Origin: Mobula birostris
Taxonomy: Eukaryota
NCBI RefSeq assembly: GCF_030028105.1
Contig: NC_092400.1
Span: forward strand, 24,448,206-24,512,205
Direction of reading: 5' to 3'
Length of the DNA: 64,000 bases
The notes under the pieces were generated by a model. That model was given only the letters and a program-made list of their open reading frames with translations. It made no database searches and was not told the DNA's origin. A program made the translations under genes and the position numbers. Of the stretch, positions 1 to 12,052 are shown piece by piece (position 1 is the stretch's first letter; the number at the start of each line of letters is the position of its first letter).

Positions 1-434
1 TTGTACTCCAGAGGCCATTGGCCAAACTTCCCCATTCTTTTCCTTCCATAGATTATTCCATTGAATAACATCTGCACCACCTCAAAACGAAACATATATC
101 CTTCCTTGGGATAAATAAGGAGAATGAAACTCTGTACTATGCTCCATGTGCTCTCTCCCTAAAGGACTCTATAAACTGCAGCAAAGCCATTCCTCCCTTT
201 CCCATTCCTCTTCCCTATCCAGTTTAGCCATTGGAATCTTGAATGGAATTCTCATAATACACTTGAATAAAATAACTGTGCTGGAGGAGGGGTAACGCAC
301 AAACACAATACCAAGATCTGTATCAGCTAAAGAATGTAATCACTCCTTTACAACTACAACTTTAAACCACCATAGTGGAATTTCCTGCACCAGCTGCTGT
401 TTTATGGAATAATGGCGGCAAAACACTAAATAGA

Positions 435-1645
435 AGAAAGAATTTCCTGTTCTTGGGTGTCAATATCTCTGAGGATCTAACCTGGACTCAACATATCAAA
501 GCAGCTACAAAGAAAGTATGACAGTGACTATATTCCATTAGGAGTTTAAGGGATTTTGTATGTCACCAAAAATGCTCAAAAATTCCTACAGATGTTCAGT
601 GGACAGCATCCTAACTGGCTGTGTCATCATCTGGTATTGGGAAGGGGGAGGGGTGGAGGGGCTGCTGCACAGGATAAAAGTAAGCTGCAAAGAGTTGTAA
701 GCTAAAGCCTGATTTATACTTGTGCATTAACTCAACACTGTAACCTACGGAAGTGACTTATGCGCGTTGTGAGTATACTTGTGCTTTGGTGTGTCTGCGT
801 CGCTCTGCAATTCGCGCACATCACGCATGCGCACACACCTGCCCGTGCAAGGCTTCATGGTCATGGTAGTCTTTCTCGGGGTAAACAAGGAGCGAGCGTC
901 TTTTCTCGTAAAAGCGAAATGTGTCCTCCATAATTTCAGAGGTCTGTAAGACTTTATGGAAAGCATTGCAGCCAGAGTTCCTTCCCTGCCCTTCAGTCAC
1001 CCAATGGGAAGCTATTGCAGTGTAGGAGGAAATGCGATACTACCAAATGGACCAATCACAGTTGTTGCGGTCTGCGTTGCCGTGACGCGCGATTACATTT
1101 TGGGAGAGGTGCGCATTGCAGCAACGCAGGCTCTGGCGTAGGGATCCGAGTCGGCTTTGCGTAGGGTTTGCGGCGATGCAGTACTTACAGCGTCGCGTTG
1201 ACGCAGAAGTATAAATCAGGCTTTAGTCAGTTCCATCACGAGGACTAGCCTCCATAGTATCTAAGTCATCTTCAAAGATCAATGTCTAAAAACGTGGTGT
1301 CTATCGTTAAGGATCCCCATTACCCAGGATATACCCTCTTCTACCATCAGGAAGCCTGAAGCCTCACACTCAATAATTCAGGAACAGTGTTTTCCCCTCT
1401 GCCATCTGATTTCCGAATGAATAATGAATCCATGACCACAACCTCACCACCATTTTTATTTCTATTTTTGCACTACTTATTTAATTTAACTATTTAATAT
1501 ATATGTAATATATATGTATATATGTGTGTGTATGTGTGTGTAATTCACATTTTTTCTATTATTATGTATTGCATTGTATTGCTGCTGCAAAGTCAACAAA
1601 CTTCACAACATATGCCAATAATATTAAACCGATTCTGATTCTGAA
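435..1645 (+). mobile_element. Rex1/Babar-clade LINE 3' fragment, split by a Harbinger MITE
   Basis: Degenerate RT C-terminus (FLGVNISEDLTWTQHI...SILTGCVIIWY); resumes after 1225; ends in ATTAAACC plus a GATTCTGATTCTGA tail. Confidence 0.8.
706..1222. mobile_element. Non-autonomous PIF/Harbinger-like MITE, copy 1
   Basis: Terminal inverted repeats (TIRs) AGCCTGATTTATACTT...AAGTATAAATCAGGCT; TAA left and TTA right (TWA-type target); second copy at 34321-34835. Confidence 0.8.
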
Positions 1646-2810
1646 AGTTTAGAGGATCATGGGCCAAACACAGGTAAATGGATTTGAGTAGACATATTGG
1701 TTGTTATGAACAAGTTGGGACAAAAGGCCTATTTCCACCCTGCATACTTCTGTGCTCAGAGAGGGATGATTTCAATTTGGAACAATACAATCAGCTCTAT
1801 TTTGTCTCATTGAAACAACGGAAGAGATATGGGAATCACAGAGGTGAAATAGATTAGCAGGAGCCATTCATTCCATTGAATCCAAATCAGCTCTTGTAGA
1901 GCAATCCTCTAGCCCTATTCTGCCATTCTTTTCCTACAGCCCTGCAGCGTACAATTTCCTTTTGAAAGTGATTTGATTCTAGTTCCACACAGATTCTATT
2001 TGCCCACCTCTGAACCTACGGCCCCCGGTTTTCTAGTCACCTTCTCTCCATGCTCATCTTTTAGAACTCTGGCACTTAGTCAATGTAAAATTTTTTTTAA
2101 ATGCCGATGTTGGAAAAGTGAAACAAAAAAAAAATAACAGTAAGGCAGGTAACACTTGTGAAAGAAGGAAGAGTGCAAACATTTCAGGCTATAGGCTCTT
2201 CAGAACTGGGGAAAGGAACACAGTTTTGTTCCAAGCTTCAGTGAAGGTCTTTTATTCCTCCTCTGTTGGCTGGAAATCCTCTATCTTTCTCCATGTGAGA
2301 ATGTATCTCAGCAATAATGGAAATATCTGATCCCTAAAGATAATCTAATCTAATCTTCAGTTATATTTTTGTCTGCCAGTATCATCATATATTACAGTGA
2401 TCAGCTCTGGCATCTCTCTGGGCTTCGCAACTTCTCTCTGTGACACTTCTCCTGTGTCATCTGGTTTCCTCCTATGAGTTAAAAATGAACTGGTGGTTAG
2501 GTCAATTGTTTACTGTAGCTTGTCCCAAGTGTGGACGGGTGACACTTGTAGAGATCAAAAAGCTTTTTTGTGAGTAAGTTAAACTTCCAACCAGTAATTT
2601 CTGTTCAGCTTCTTGTCATAAACAGGAGCCAGTCTTCAGTTTCTAATGTAAATTGCCAGCAATAATCAGTCTAAAGTAAAAAAAAAGCTTTTCAAACAAA
2701 CAGTGCTGTCTTTAGACCTCAGGCAATTGTCCAACAACATAGGGCTGACTACTCAAGTAAGTTAATTGGGTTATGTTAATTGGGCTTGTATCAAACCAGC
2801 CAACACAGGC

Positions 2811-3355
2811 TGGTCTCCATACTTGAGGAAGGATATACTGGCTTTGGAGGCAGTGCAGAGGAAGTTCACCAGGTTGATTCCAGGGATGAAGGGGTTAACC
2901 TATGGGGAGAGATTGAGTTGCCTGGAACTATACTGTCTGGAGATCAGAAGAATGAGAGAGTTTCTTATAGAAACATACAAAATTTTGAAAGGGATAGATA
3001 AGATAGAAGTAGGAAAGTTGTTTCTATTGGTAGGTGAGACTAGAGTGAGGGGACATTGCCTCAAGATTCAGGGGAGAAGATCTAGGACAGAGATGAAGAG
3101 AAACTGTTTTTCCCAGAGAGTGGTGAATCTGTGGAATTCTCTGCCCAGGAAAGCAGTTGAGGCTTCCTCACTAGATGTATTTAAGAAACAATTAGATAAG
3201 TTTTTACATAGTAAGGGAATTAAGGGTTTTGGGGAAAAGGCAGGTAGATGGAGCTGAATTTATAGACAGATCAGATATGATCTTACTGAATGGCGGGTAG
3301 GCTCGATGGGCTGGATGGCCTACTCCTGCTCCTATTTCTTATGTTCTTATGTTAT
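2811..3355 (+). mobile_element. CR1 LINE 3' fragment
   Basis: ORF WSPYLRKDILALEAVQRKFTRLIPG...FSQRVVNLWNSLP; CR1 3' UTR with TTCTTATG repeat tail. Confidence 0.92.
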
Positions 3356-4500
3356 GTAAGTTATTTAGTTCAAGGAAGTTTGCAGACAACTTTGATACTA
3401 TCACTTAGAACATCAAAAAGCTGATCGATCAATAATTGGAAGATTTTTGTACTCAGATAGTTAACATACACAACATTAATTTTGAGTGCTTGGGAACTCT
3501 GTAACCAGAAACATTTAGAACATTTGTGTGATAAGGTATCTGAAAAATTATCACAAGTCACCTAAGTGGCAAAAAAAAAAGGATTAAATGTTAGAGAGCA
3601 GTCTTGCTTGTTAGGAATGGTCAAGGAACAGCAAGAAGAATGACAGGAAGATGCAATGAAATCAAATCCATTCCTCTGCCTTTGATTTCTGCATTTGTCT
3701 GCTACTCATTGGTTTGTCATTTTAGCTTACTGGAACTGTTTAGGAGATCTCTTTTTTTTTAGAAATCATTTGTAATTTGGACATCTTTTGTCAGATTTAA
3801 ATATGGTTTAAGAAGTTTTAGTGTATCACTAAAAAAGTGTACTACTTTGTTAGCTGTAAGTATCTCCTCCTTAGTAGGGCAAGGGGACCCACTTCTCTAA
3901 TGCTGGGTATTGGCAGCTAAACTTGCATGGAGAATAAACAGGGAAGTGATCTAGTCTTTGAAGACTAGGTGACTACAGTATAGCCCTCCCTTAAGTGAGG
4001 GTACCTATAGGATAGGTCTTAAGATCCTTGCTTGAGTGTAGAACTTCACAGCCAGCAAACCCAATGCTATCGCAAAAGGAACATGTATACAAAACCTAGT
4101 TGGCCACGCCAGTAGAACACTGCATGAGTTCCATTAAACTGAAGCCCCATCTGCTCTAAAAGCATCATTAGCTCTCGTTCTGAAAGCAACATTCTGAAGA
4201 ACATTGAAATCTAAAATAAATCAGAAAATGCTGGCAATACTTGGAAGGCCAGGGAGAAATTGTGGAGAGGAAAACATTGTCAATGTTTCTGGTCAGCAAA
4301 CTATCATTACAACTGTTGAGAGGTCAATACAACATTACAAGGTCAATGTAACATTTTGAGAACTAACTGCGTTCTGATTAGTTGACATAGGTCTAATCGT
4401 AAGTGACCTTTCTTCAAAATACTTTTAATGCTTGATTAATGCCTTGAGAAACTGTAAGGTTGAATGAAAGTCCTTAATCTATAAAGAAGGTGAAGGCCTC

Positions 4501-4635
4501 TGCCCCTTCCCTCTACAGTCCTGACGGAGGGTTCCGGCCCGAAACGTCGACTCATCGTTTCCACGGTTGCTGCCCGAACTGCTGAGTTCCTCCAGCATGT
4601 TGTGAGTGTTGCTTTGACCTTAGCATCTGCAGAAT
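4501..4635 (+). mobile_element. Penelope-like element terminal repeat with hammerhead-ribozyme motif
   Basis: AGTC-CTGACGG-AGGG-TTCCGG-CCC-GAAACGTC-GACT, followed by the TGCTGAGTTCCTCCAGCAT tail also seen downstream of the GIY-YIG ORF at 58760-59440. Confidence 0.8.
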
Positions 4636-4785
4636 ACTTTGTAATTAATTGTCAAATTTGATAGAAAACTTGCAATGTTTGACATTGCAATATCAAAATA
4701 TTGTCTTTCATTGGTTTGGACAATACAAACTGATAACATAATCATCAAAATTAGATATATTGGATACATTACTGTAAGTCAGTTT

Positions 4786-5183
4786 AGGTGGTGGGGTGGA
4801 GATATTTCTCTATCAAAGAAGTATAAAGTATTCTTTCCTTCTGCAAGTCTGCATGTCACCCTTGGGCAAGGTGTAGCATCTGCTCAACATTCCCCCCTGC
4901 CCCCTTGATCAGGGTCAGGTGAAGCCATAGGGAAGAGGTGGTGGATGGTCATTTGAGCAGCTGGTGCATATCAGAAATCCTAGTTATGTGACCATTGAAC
5001 CAGGCAGACAGTCTCTGAAGAGTATTAATAATGGCTGGGGTCATCTGTCTTGTAAAGACACTGTGCAGAAGAAAGCAATGGCAAACCACTTCTGTAGAAA
5101 AATTTGCCAAGACCAATCATGGTCGTGGAAAGACCATGATTGCCTACATCATATGGCGTGACACATAATGAACAAGTGAATGA
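4786..5183 (+). mobile_element. ~390 bp SINE-like retroposon with RTE/BovB-type motif, copy 1
   Basis: GCAATGGCAAACCACTTCTGTAG motif, 3' hairpin ATCATGGTC...GACCATGAT, short-repeat tail; five loci in the window. Confidence 0.75.
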
Positions 5184-7284
5184 TTAAGTCAAATGCATGT
5201 TCAAAGTGGTGGGATTTTCAAGCCTGCCATCAAGGAGCAGACAGATTTAAGGAGGCAAAGAAATACAAGAAGCCAATTCCAGAATTTAGTGGAAGTCAAT
5301 TGTTGGCACTGCACAGATTCTAGTGGAGGACCACTGAAGATTGGAGACCATTGGTACTAAGAATTTGAGGATACAGAAGTTTGAGGGTTGTGGGGTTGGA
5401 GGAGATTTAAGAATCTGGAGAGTGATGATGGAGTGAATTAAGCATAAGAATGGGCATTTTAAATCTTAAGTGTTGTCGACCTGATGTTGTATCAAGGTCA
5501 CTGAACGTAGGGATGATACTCTATTGGATTTCCTTAAAAAAATAAAACTGCAGTCGTTCCTAATCTGATTAGCACATAATGATAACCAATGTACTATAAT
5601 TGTAAGCAACACACACAAGTATCACAAATCAGGCATTCAATATTTGCTATTCCCTCAGTATACATGCCAATTGTGTAATTACCATATTTTAATAGATTTT
5701 AGAAACATTAATTATTCATATGTTTATCCTTTACTAATTAATGTGATCATCTCCACTTTGCTCTCAATTACCCTTTAACCTTACAGAGCAATCCTTAACC
5801 TATTGTAGAATCCTCAGGTAAAATTTTGTGATTATTTGCTTGTGCACAGCATAATAAACAATCCAATTAAAATGACAATTAACGGTAATGAGCCTTGTCT
5901 ATTCCCGCCCAGAGGCTGATAACTGTCAGTGGCAGTCATAGCCTAAAAGACTTTGTATCCTAGTCTGTTGTGTTGGGTCTGTCCTCAGTGAATCGATTTC
6001 ACATATGTCAGTATATGTCCTACGTAAACTTATGTCTACATGATCAAGTAAAACCTGTATTTGTAGCATCAGGCACACTTGGATTGGGATTTCTTCCATC
6101 TGACTTAACTTAAGATTGCGTCAAAGTTTATGCAGCTATTTATACTGAATTTCCCAGCAGCAATTTATGCTAGATTTTCCCATGAATCTCACTAGAAAGT
6201 GCCTGAATGATAAACCTGGCATGAAAGAAGCAGAAATCAGCTTGCTAAAGCAGTGACAAATTTGTAGAAAATACAGAGCACATACAAAATGCTGGAGGAA
6301 CTCAGAAGGCCGGGCAGCATCTATGGAAAAGAGTAGGGTCAATCTTTCAGATTTAGATTTCCAGCCTCTGCAGATTTTCTTGTGCTTGTGTAGAAAATAT
6401 GGTTAAGACGTTCACATATTCTCAGCCATTTTGGCATGTAAACTTCTGCAAAGTGTTTCCTTTCCTCAAATGTCCACAAAGTTTGCAACAAAAATTAAAT
6501 GAAACAGCATTGCCTCTTTGGAACGTGCATTGATTATTGTGTTCTGCTAAAAACTGACTTCCCCTCTTGTATCAGCAAGACTTCTGTTTCATCTCAAGTA
6601 AGCTATTTTTTTTCAACTGAGACTGGAAGTGATTCCATGGAAATGAAGGTTTCTTAGGCATCTATCCAGAGATCTGTAAATCCAGGAATCCAGAAACACA
6701 GTTATAAACAAAATGAAATGTGAACTATTTACTGAGTCATTGCACAGATACATGACAAATCATCTTTGCTTGTTTTCAGGTGACAAAGTAGAAGGGTAAA
6801 TTGAATCTGCTTGAAATATTATTCTGGTAATTAACTTACACAAAACAAAGTAAAATGGAATGCAATGTAACTTCCTTGTCATTAATTTTACTTTGGATAC
6901 CCATCTAGCTTTCTAATATCAGTTGGCCTCTGATAGATTAATAAAAACATATAATCTATTCTTTGTTGATCTCTGAGGAGCCAAAGTCTTCACCACACAT
7001 AAAATATTTAATCATGAATAATAGGACACATTTTTCAGCTCACCCTCCCTGGAAGGCAGGCAGGATATGATTGATAAATATTGTTCTTTCACTGAGAAAA
7101 TCTCAGTAAAATGATTGCATCCCCAATACAACATTTTAATGATATTTGAAAGAGTGTGAGGGCAGAAGATATTAATCACAATCTGGTGGTGTTGACAAGT
7201 TAATGATAATTAATTCTTCAAAGTATTCAAATATAAGGTATACCAACAAAATTCAGAATTTTTTTTTATATTCTTGGCCTTACA

Positions 7285-7810
7285 ATCATAGAGTCCCAGA
7301 GGACTACAGCACCAAAACAGGCTTTTTTTCATCCGCCTAGTTCATGCCTTGCTCCACCTGCACCTGGACCATAGCCCTCCATACCTCTCTCATCCATGCA
7401 CCTATCTAAGCTTCTCTTAAATGTTACCACTGAACCCACTTCTACCACTTCTGCTGGCAGCTTGTACCACACTCACATCACCCTTTGAGTGAAGAAGTTC
7501 CTCCTCTCACTCCCCTTAAGTATTTCACCTTTGACCCTAAACCCATGACCTCCAGTTCTAGTCTGATCCAACCTGAGGGGAAAGGGCCTATTGCATTTAC
7601 TTTATCTAGGCCCCTCATAATACTGCATGGTTCTATAACAACTCCCTATGCTCTAGGGATTAAAGCCCTAACCTATTCAAACTTTCCCTGTAACTCAAGT
7701 CCTCAATTCCTAACAACATACATGCGAATTTTCTCTGTAAAATTGGTTTTATTGGATTCCCCAACAATGCTATGGCTTTCCTGTGTCTATACCAACTTCC
7801 CCAGTAGGTA
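7285..7810 (-). mobile_element. CR1 LINE 3' fragment, decayed
   Basis: Reverse complement matches the CR1 ORF2 end (FFTQRV..W..LP) and 3' UTR. Confidence 0.8.
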
Positions 7811-7826
7811 TAAAATGATACGATAA

Positions 7827-8478
7827 TAGATTATAAGGACAGTCAGTCCTCGTTTATTGTCATTTAGAAATGCATGCATTAAAACATGATACAATGTTCC
7901 TCCAGAGAGATATCACAGAAACACAGGACAAACCAAGACTAAAACTGACAAAACCACATAATTATAACATATAGTTACAACAGTGCAAAGCAATACAGTA
8001 ATTTGATAAAGAGCAGACCTGGGCATGGTAAAAAAAGTCTCAAGTCCCGATAGCTCCATCATCTCACGCAGATGGTTAAAGGGAGAAACTCTTCCTGCCA
8101 TGAACTTCCAAGCACCGCAAACTTGCCGATGCATTGGAAGCACCCTACCGCAGCCGACTCTGAGTCCGCCCGAAAACTTCGAGCCTTCGACACCGAGCAC
8201 CAAGCGCCATCCTCTGCCAAGTGCCTCGAGCCCACCCCGGCCACCGAGCAACAAGCAAAGCCAAGGACTTGGGGCCTTCCGCTCTGGAGATTCTGGACCA
8301 CACAGTGGCAGTGGCAGCGAAGCAGGCATTTCAGAAGTTTCACCAGATGTTCCTCTGTGCTCTCACGTCTGTCTCCATCAAATCAGGATTGTGCACGGCA
8401 CTGTACTTGACAGATAACAGATATCATCAGCACCGGAGTGGCTGCTGCAGGCTGCGTCGCGCCGCTATCTTCTCCTCC
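7827..8478 (-). mobile_element. ~650 bp CpG-rich non-autonomous retroposon, copy 1
   Basis: Closely similar to 15243-15897 and 61297-61980; AATAAA, 3' hairpin and TAATC tail on the minus strand. Confidence 0.85.
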
Positions 8479-8919
8479 CTCCATATATTAAGGAACATAC
8501 CAGTTTTGTTTTTTTCGAACAGAAGATGCAATCACAGTCATTGGAGTCCAGCCTTGTGCAATGCCAATTGATAATTCAGCAATGGATGTTGTTCTGATGG
8601 TGATACAGTGCAAGATAAGCTTTTACATAAAATGTCTCTCAAAACTCCTCATCATCACCATTATGTGTTGTGTCGTGTGACATGGGTGATCTTGGTCTCA
8701 TGACCATGATTGCTCTTGGCAAATTTTTCTACAGAAGCGGTTTGCCATTGCTTTTTCTGGGCAGTGTCCTTATAAGATGGGTGACCACAGCCATTATCAA
8801 TGCTCTTCAGAGATTGTCTGCCTGGTGTTAGTGATGTGGAAATATACCTGTAATCCCTGAAGTCTTCATGAATTTGTAACTTCTGTAAAATTACAGTAAT
8901 GAAATGGGGTCTATGAAAT

Positions 8920-9360
8920 AAGACCATAAGACCATAAGACATAGGAGCAGAATTAGGCCATTCAGCCCATCGAGTCTGCTCCCCCATTCCATCATGGCTG
9001 ATCCTGGATCCCACTCAACCACATACACCTGCCTTCTCGCATTATCCTTTGATGCCCTGATCAATCAGGAAGCTATCAACTTCTGCTTTAGATATACCCA
9101 CAGTATGTGGCAGAGTATTCCTCAGATTCACTACTCTCTGGCTAAAAACAAATCTTCTTTACGTCTGTTCTAAAAGGTTGGCCCTCAATTTTGAAGCTGT
9201 GCCCTTTAGTTCTGGATACTCCCACCATAGGAAACAACCTCTCCACATCCACTCTATCTAGTCCTTTCAACATTCAGTAGGTTTCAATGAGATTACCCCA
9301 CATTCTTCTATATTCCAGTGAGTACAGGTCAAAAGCTGCCACACACTCCTTATTTGCTAA
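8920..9360 (-). mobile_element. CR1 LINE 3' fragment
   Basis: LYSLEYRRMWGNLIETY peptide; (AGACCATA)n tail on the plus strand. Confidence 0.85.
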
Positions 9361-9497
9361 ATCCTCAGGTGCTTTGCTGGTTTTGGCGAGAAAAGCTACA
9401 AGTGTGTCTGTGTTATATGGGAACAAGCTATCTTCTTCAAATATACGCAATTGTTTTCTGACCAGAGGGGATGTTTGATAACAGGGGGAACAGGACG

Positions 9498-9622
9498 GAA
9501 AACAAGAGAAAGTCTGCAGACGCTGGAAATCCAAGTGACACACACAAAATGCTGGAGGAACTCAGCAGGCCAGGCAGCACCGAGGGAGAAGAGTTAACAA
9601 AGTTTCAGGCCGAGACCTTGGA
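9498..9622 (-). mobile_element. Penelope terminal-repeat fragment
   Basis: CACACAAAATGCTGGAGGAACTCAGCAGGCCAGGCAGCA...TTTCAGGCCGAGACC. Confidence 0.8.
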
Positions 9623-10044
9623 ACTTCCTCTCCTTCCCTCCAAGCTACAGACGTTGTAAATGCTGCAAAGATCAAATGTGTAAATGAGAGAAGGACGAAG
9701 GCAATGGAGAAATGCAGTGTTATGGAATGGAGCAACCTAATCACTGTTGGTATAAAAGTACTTTGATTGAAACAGGAGGTTGGAGCTATACTTCCAGGTG
9801 AAACTTGGCTGGAAGTGTATCTCCCCTTGCAGGTAAAATAAATGCGTTAATAATGTGATCCACTCTGAATTTGTTGTGGTTTGTTTCTTTATATTGGAAA
9901 ACCTAGCTGAATGGTACATGCCGGAGGTCACATAGCCAGAGATTGTGATATGCACCAGCTACTCATACGACCATCTACCACCTGCTCCCATGGCTTCAGG
10001 TGGGTTAGGTAGGTGTTACACCTTGCCCAAGGGTGACCTGTACG

Positions 10045-12052
10045 TATAGTATCAATTCCAAAGAAGAAACATACAATTAGCCAGAAAAACAGCACACCTG
10101 AGGACTGGGAGAAATTCGGAGTCCAGCAGAGGAGGACAAAGGGCTTAATTAGGAAAGGGAAAAAAAATTATGAGAGAAAGCTGGCAGGGAACATAAAAAC
10201 TGGCTGTAAAAGCTTTTATAGATATGTGAAAAGAAAAAGATTGGTTAAAACAAATGTAGGTCCCTTACAGTCAGAAACAGGTGAATTGATCATGGGGAAC
10301 AAGGACATGGCAGTTGAATATTGAATAACTACTTTGGTTCTGTCTTCACTAAGGAGGACATAAGTAATCTTCCAGAAATAGTAGGGGACCAAGGGTCTAA
10401 TGAGATGGAGGAACTGAGGGAAATACATGTTAGTAGGGAAGTGGTGTCAGGTAAATTGAAGGGATTAAAGGCAGATAAATCCCCAGGGCCAGATGGTCTG
10501 CATCCCAGAGTGCTTAAGGAAGTAGCCCAAGAAATAGTGGATGCATTAGTGATAATTTTTCAAAACTCTTTAGATTCTGAATTAGTTCCTGAGGATTGGA
10601 GAGTGACTAATGTAACCCCACTTTTTAAAAAAGGAGGGAGAGAGAAACCGGGGAATTATAGACCAGTTAGCCTGACATCGTTGGTGGGGAAAATGCTAGA
10701 GTCAGTTATCAAAGGTGTGATAACAGCACATTTGGAAAGCGGTGAAATCATCGGACAAAGTTAGCATGGATTTGTGAAAGGAAAATTATGTCTGACGAAT
10801 CTCATAGAATTTTTTGAGGATGTAACTAGTAGAGTGGATAAGGGAGAACCAGTGGATGTGGTATATTTGGATTTTCAAAAGGCTTTTGACAAGGTCCCAC
10901 AAAGGAAACTTAAAGCACACCATATTGGGGGTATGGTATTGATGTGGATAGAGAATTGGTTGGCAGACAGGAAGCAAAGAGTGGGAATAAACGGGACCTT
11001 TTCAGAACGGCAGGCAGTGACTAGTGGGGTACCGCAAGGCTCAGTGCTGGGACCCCAGTTGTTTACAATATATATAAATGACTTAGACAAGGGAATTAAA
11101 TGCAGCATCTCTAAGTTTGCAGATGACACGAAGCTGGGCAGCAGTGTTAGCTGTGAGGAGGATGCTAAGAGGATGCAGGGTGACTTGGATAGGTTAGGTG
11201 AGTGGGCAAATTCATGGCAGATGCAATTTAATGTGGATAAATGTGAGGTTATCCACTTTGGTGGCAAGAACAGGAAAACAGATTATTATCTGAATGGTGG
11301 CCGATTAGGAAAAGGGGAGGTGCAACGAGACCTGGGTGTCATTGTACACCAGTCATTGAAAGTGGGCATGCAGGTACAGTGGGGGGTGAAAAAGGCGAAT
11401 GGTATGCTGGCATTCATTGCAAGAGGATTCGAGTACAGGAGCAGGGAGGTACTACTGCAGTTGTACAAGGCCTTGGTGAGACCACACCTGGAGAATTGTG
11501 TGCAGTTTTGGTCCCCTAATCTGAGGAAAGACATTCTTGCCATAGAGGGAGTACAAAGAAGGTTCACCAGATTGATTCCTGGGATGGCAGGACTTTCATA
11601 TGATGAAAGACTGGATCGACTAGACTTATACTCGTTGGAATTTAGAAGATTGAGGGGGATCTTATTGAAACATATAAAATTCTAAAGGGATTGGACAGGC
11701 TAGATGTAGGAAGAGTGTTCCCAATGTTGGGGAAGTCCAGACGAGGGGTCACAGTTTGGGGATAAAGGGGAAGGTTTTTAGGACTGAGATGAGGAAAAAC
11801 TTCTTCACACAGAGAGTGGTGAATCTGTGGAATTCTCTGCCACAGGAAACAGTTGAGGCCAGTTCATTTGCTATATTTAAGAGGGAGTTAGATTTGGCCC
11901 TTGTGGCTAAAGGGATCAGAGGGTGTGGAGAGCAGGCAGGTACAGGGTTCTGAGTTGGATGATCAGCCATGATCATACTGAATGATGGTGCAGGCTCGAA
12001 GGGCCGAATGGCCTACTCCTGCACCTATTTTCTATGTTTCTCTGTTTCTATG
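10045..12052 (+). mobile_element. 5'-truncated CR1 LINE with disrupted ORF2 reverse transcriptase
   Basis: KSPGPDG, NYRPVSLTS, YLDFQKAFDKVP, GVPQGSVLGP, FADDTKL; in-frame stop near 10762 and frameshift near 11660; TTCTATGT tail. Confidence 0.96.

Noticed and set aside
1-420. Possible L1 endonuclease remnant on the minus strand
   Set aside because: Only a few residues resemble the motif and no frame could be followed.
7913-8571. Stack of overlapping 90-140 aa ORFs (also 61280-61833 and 15449-15753)
   Set aside because: They lie in a GC-rich repeat; frames differ between the three copies and no domain is recognisable.
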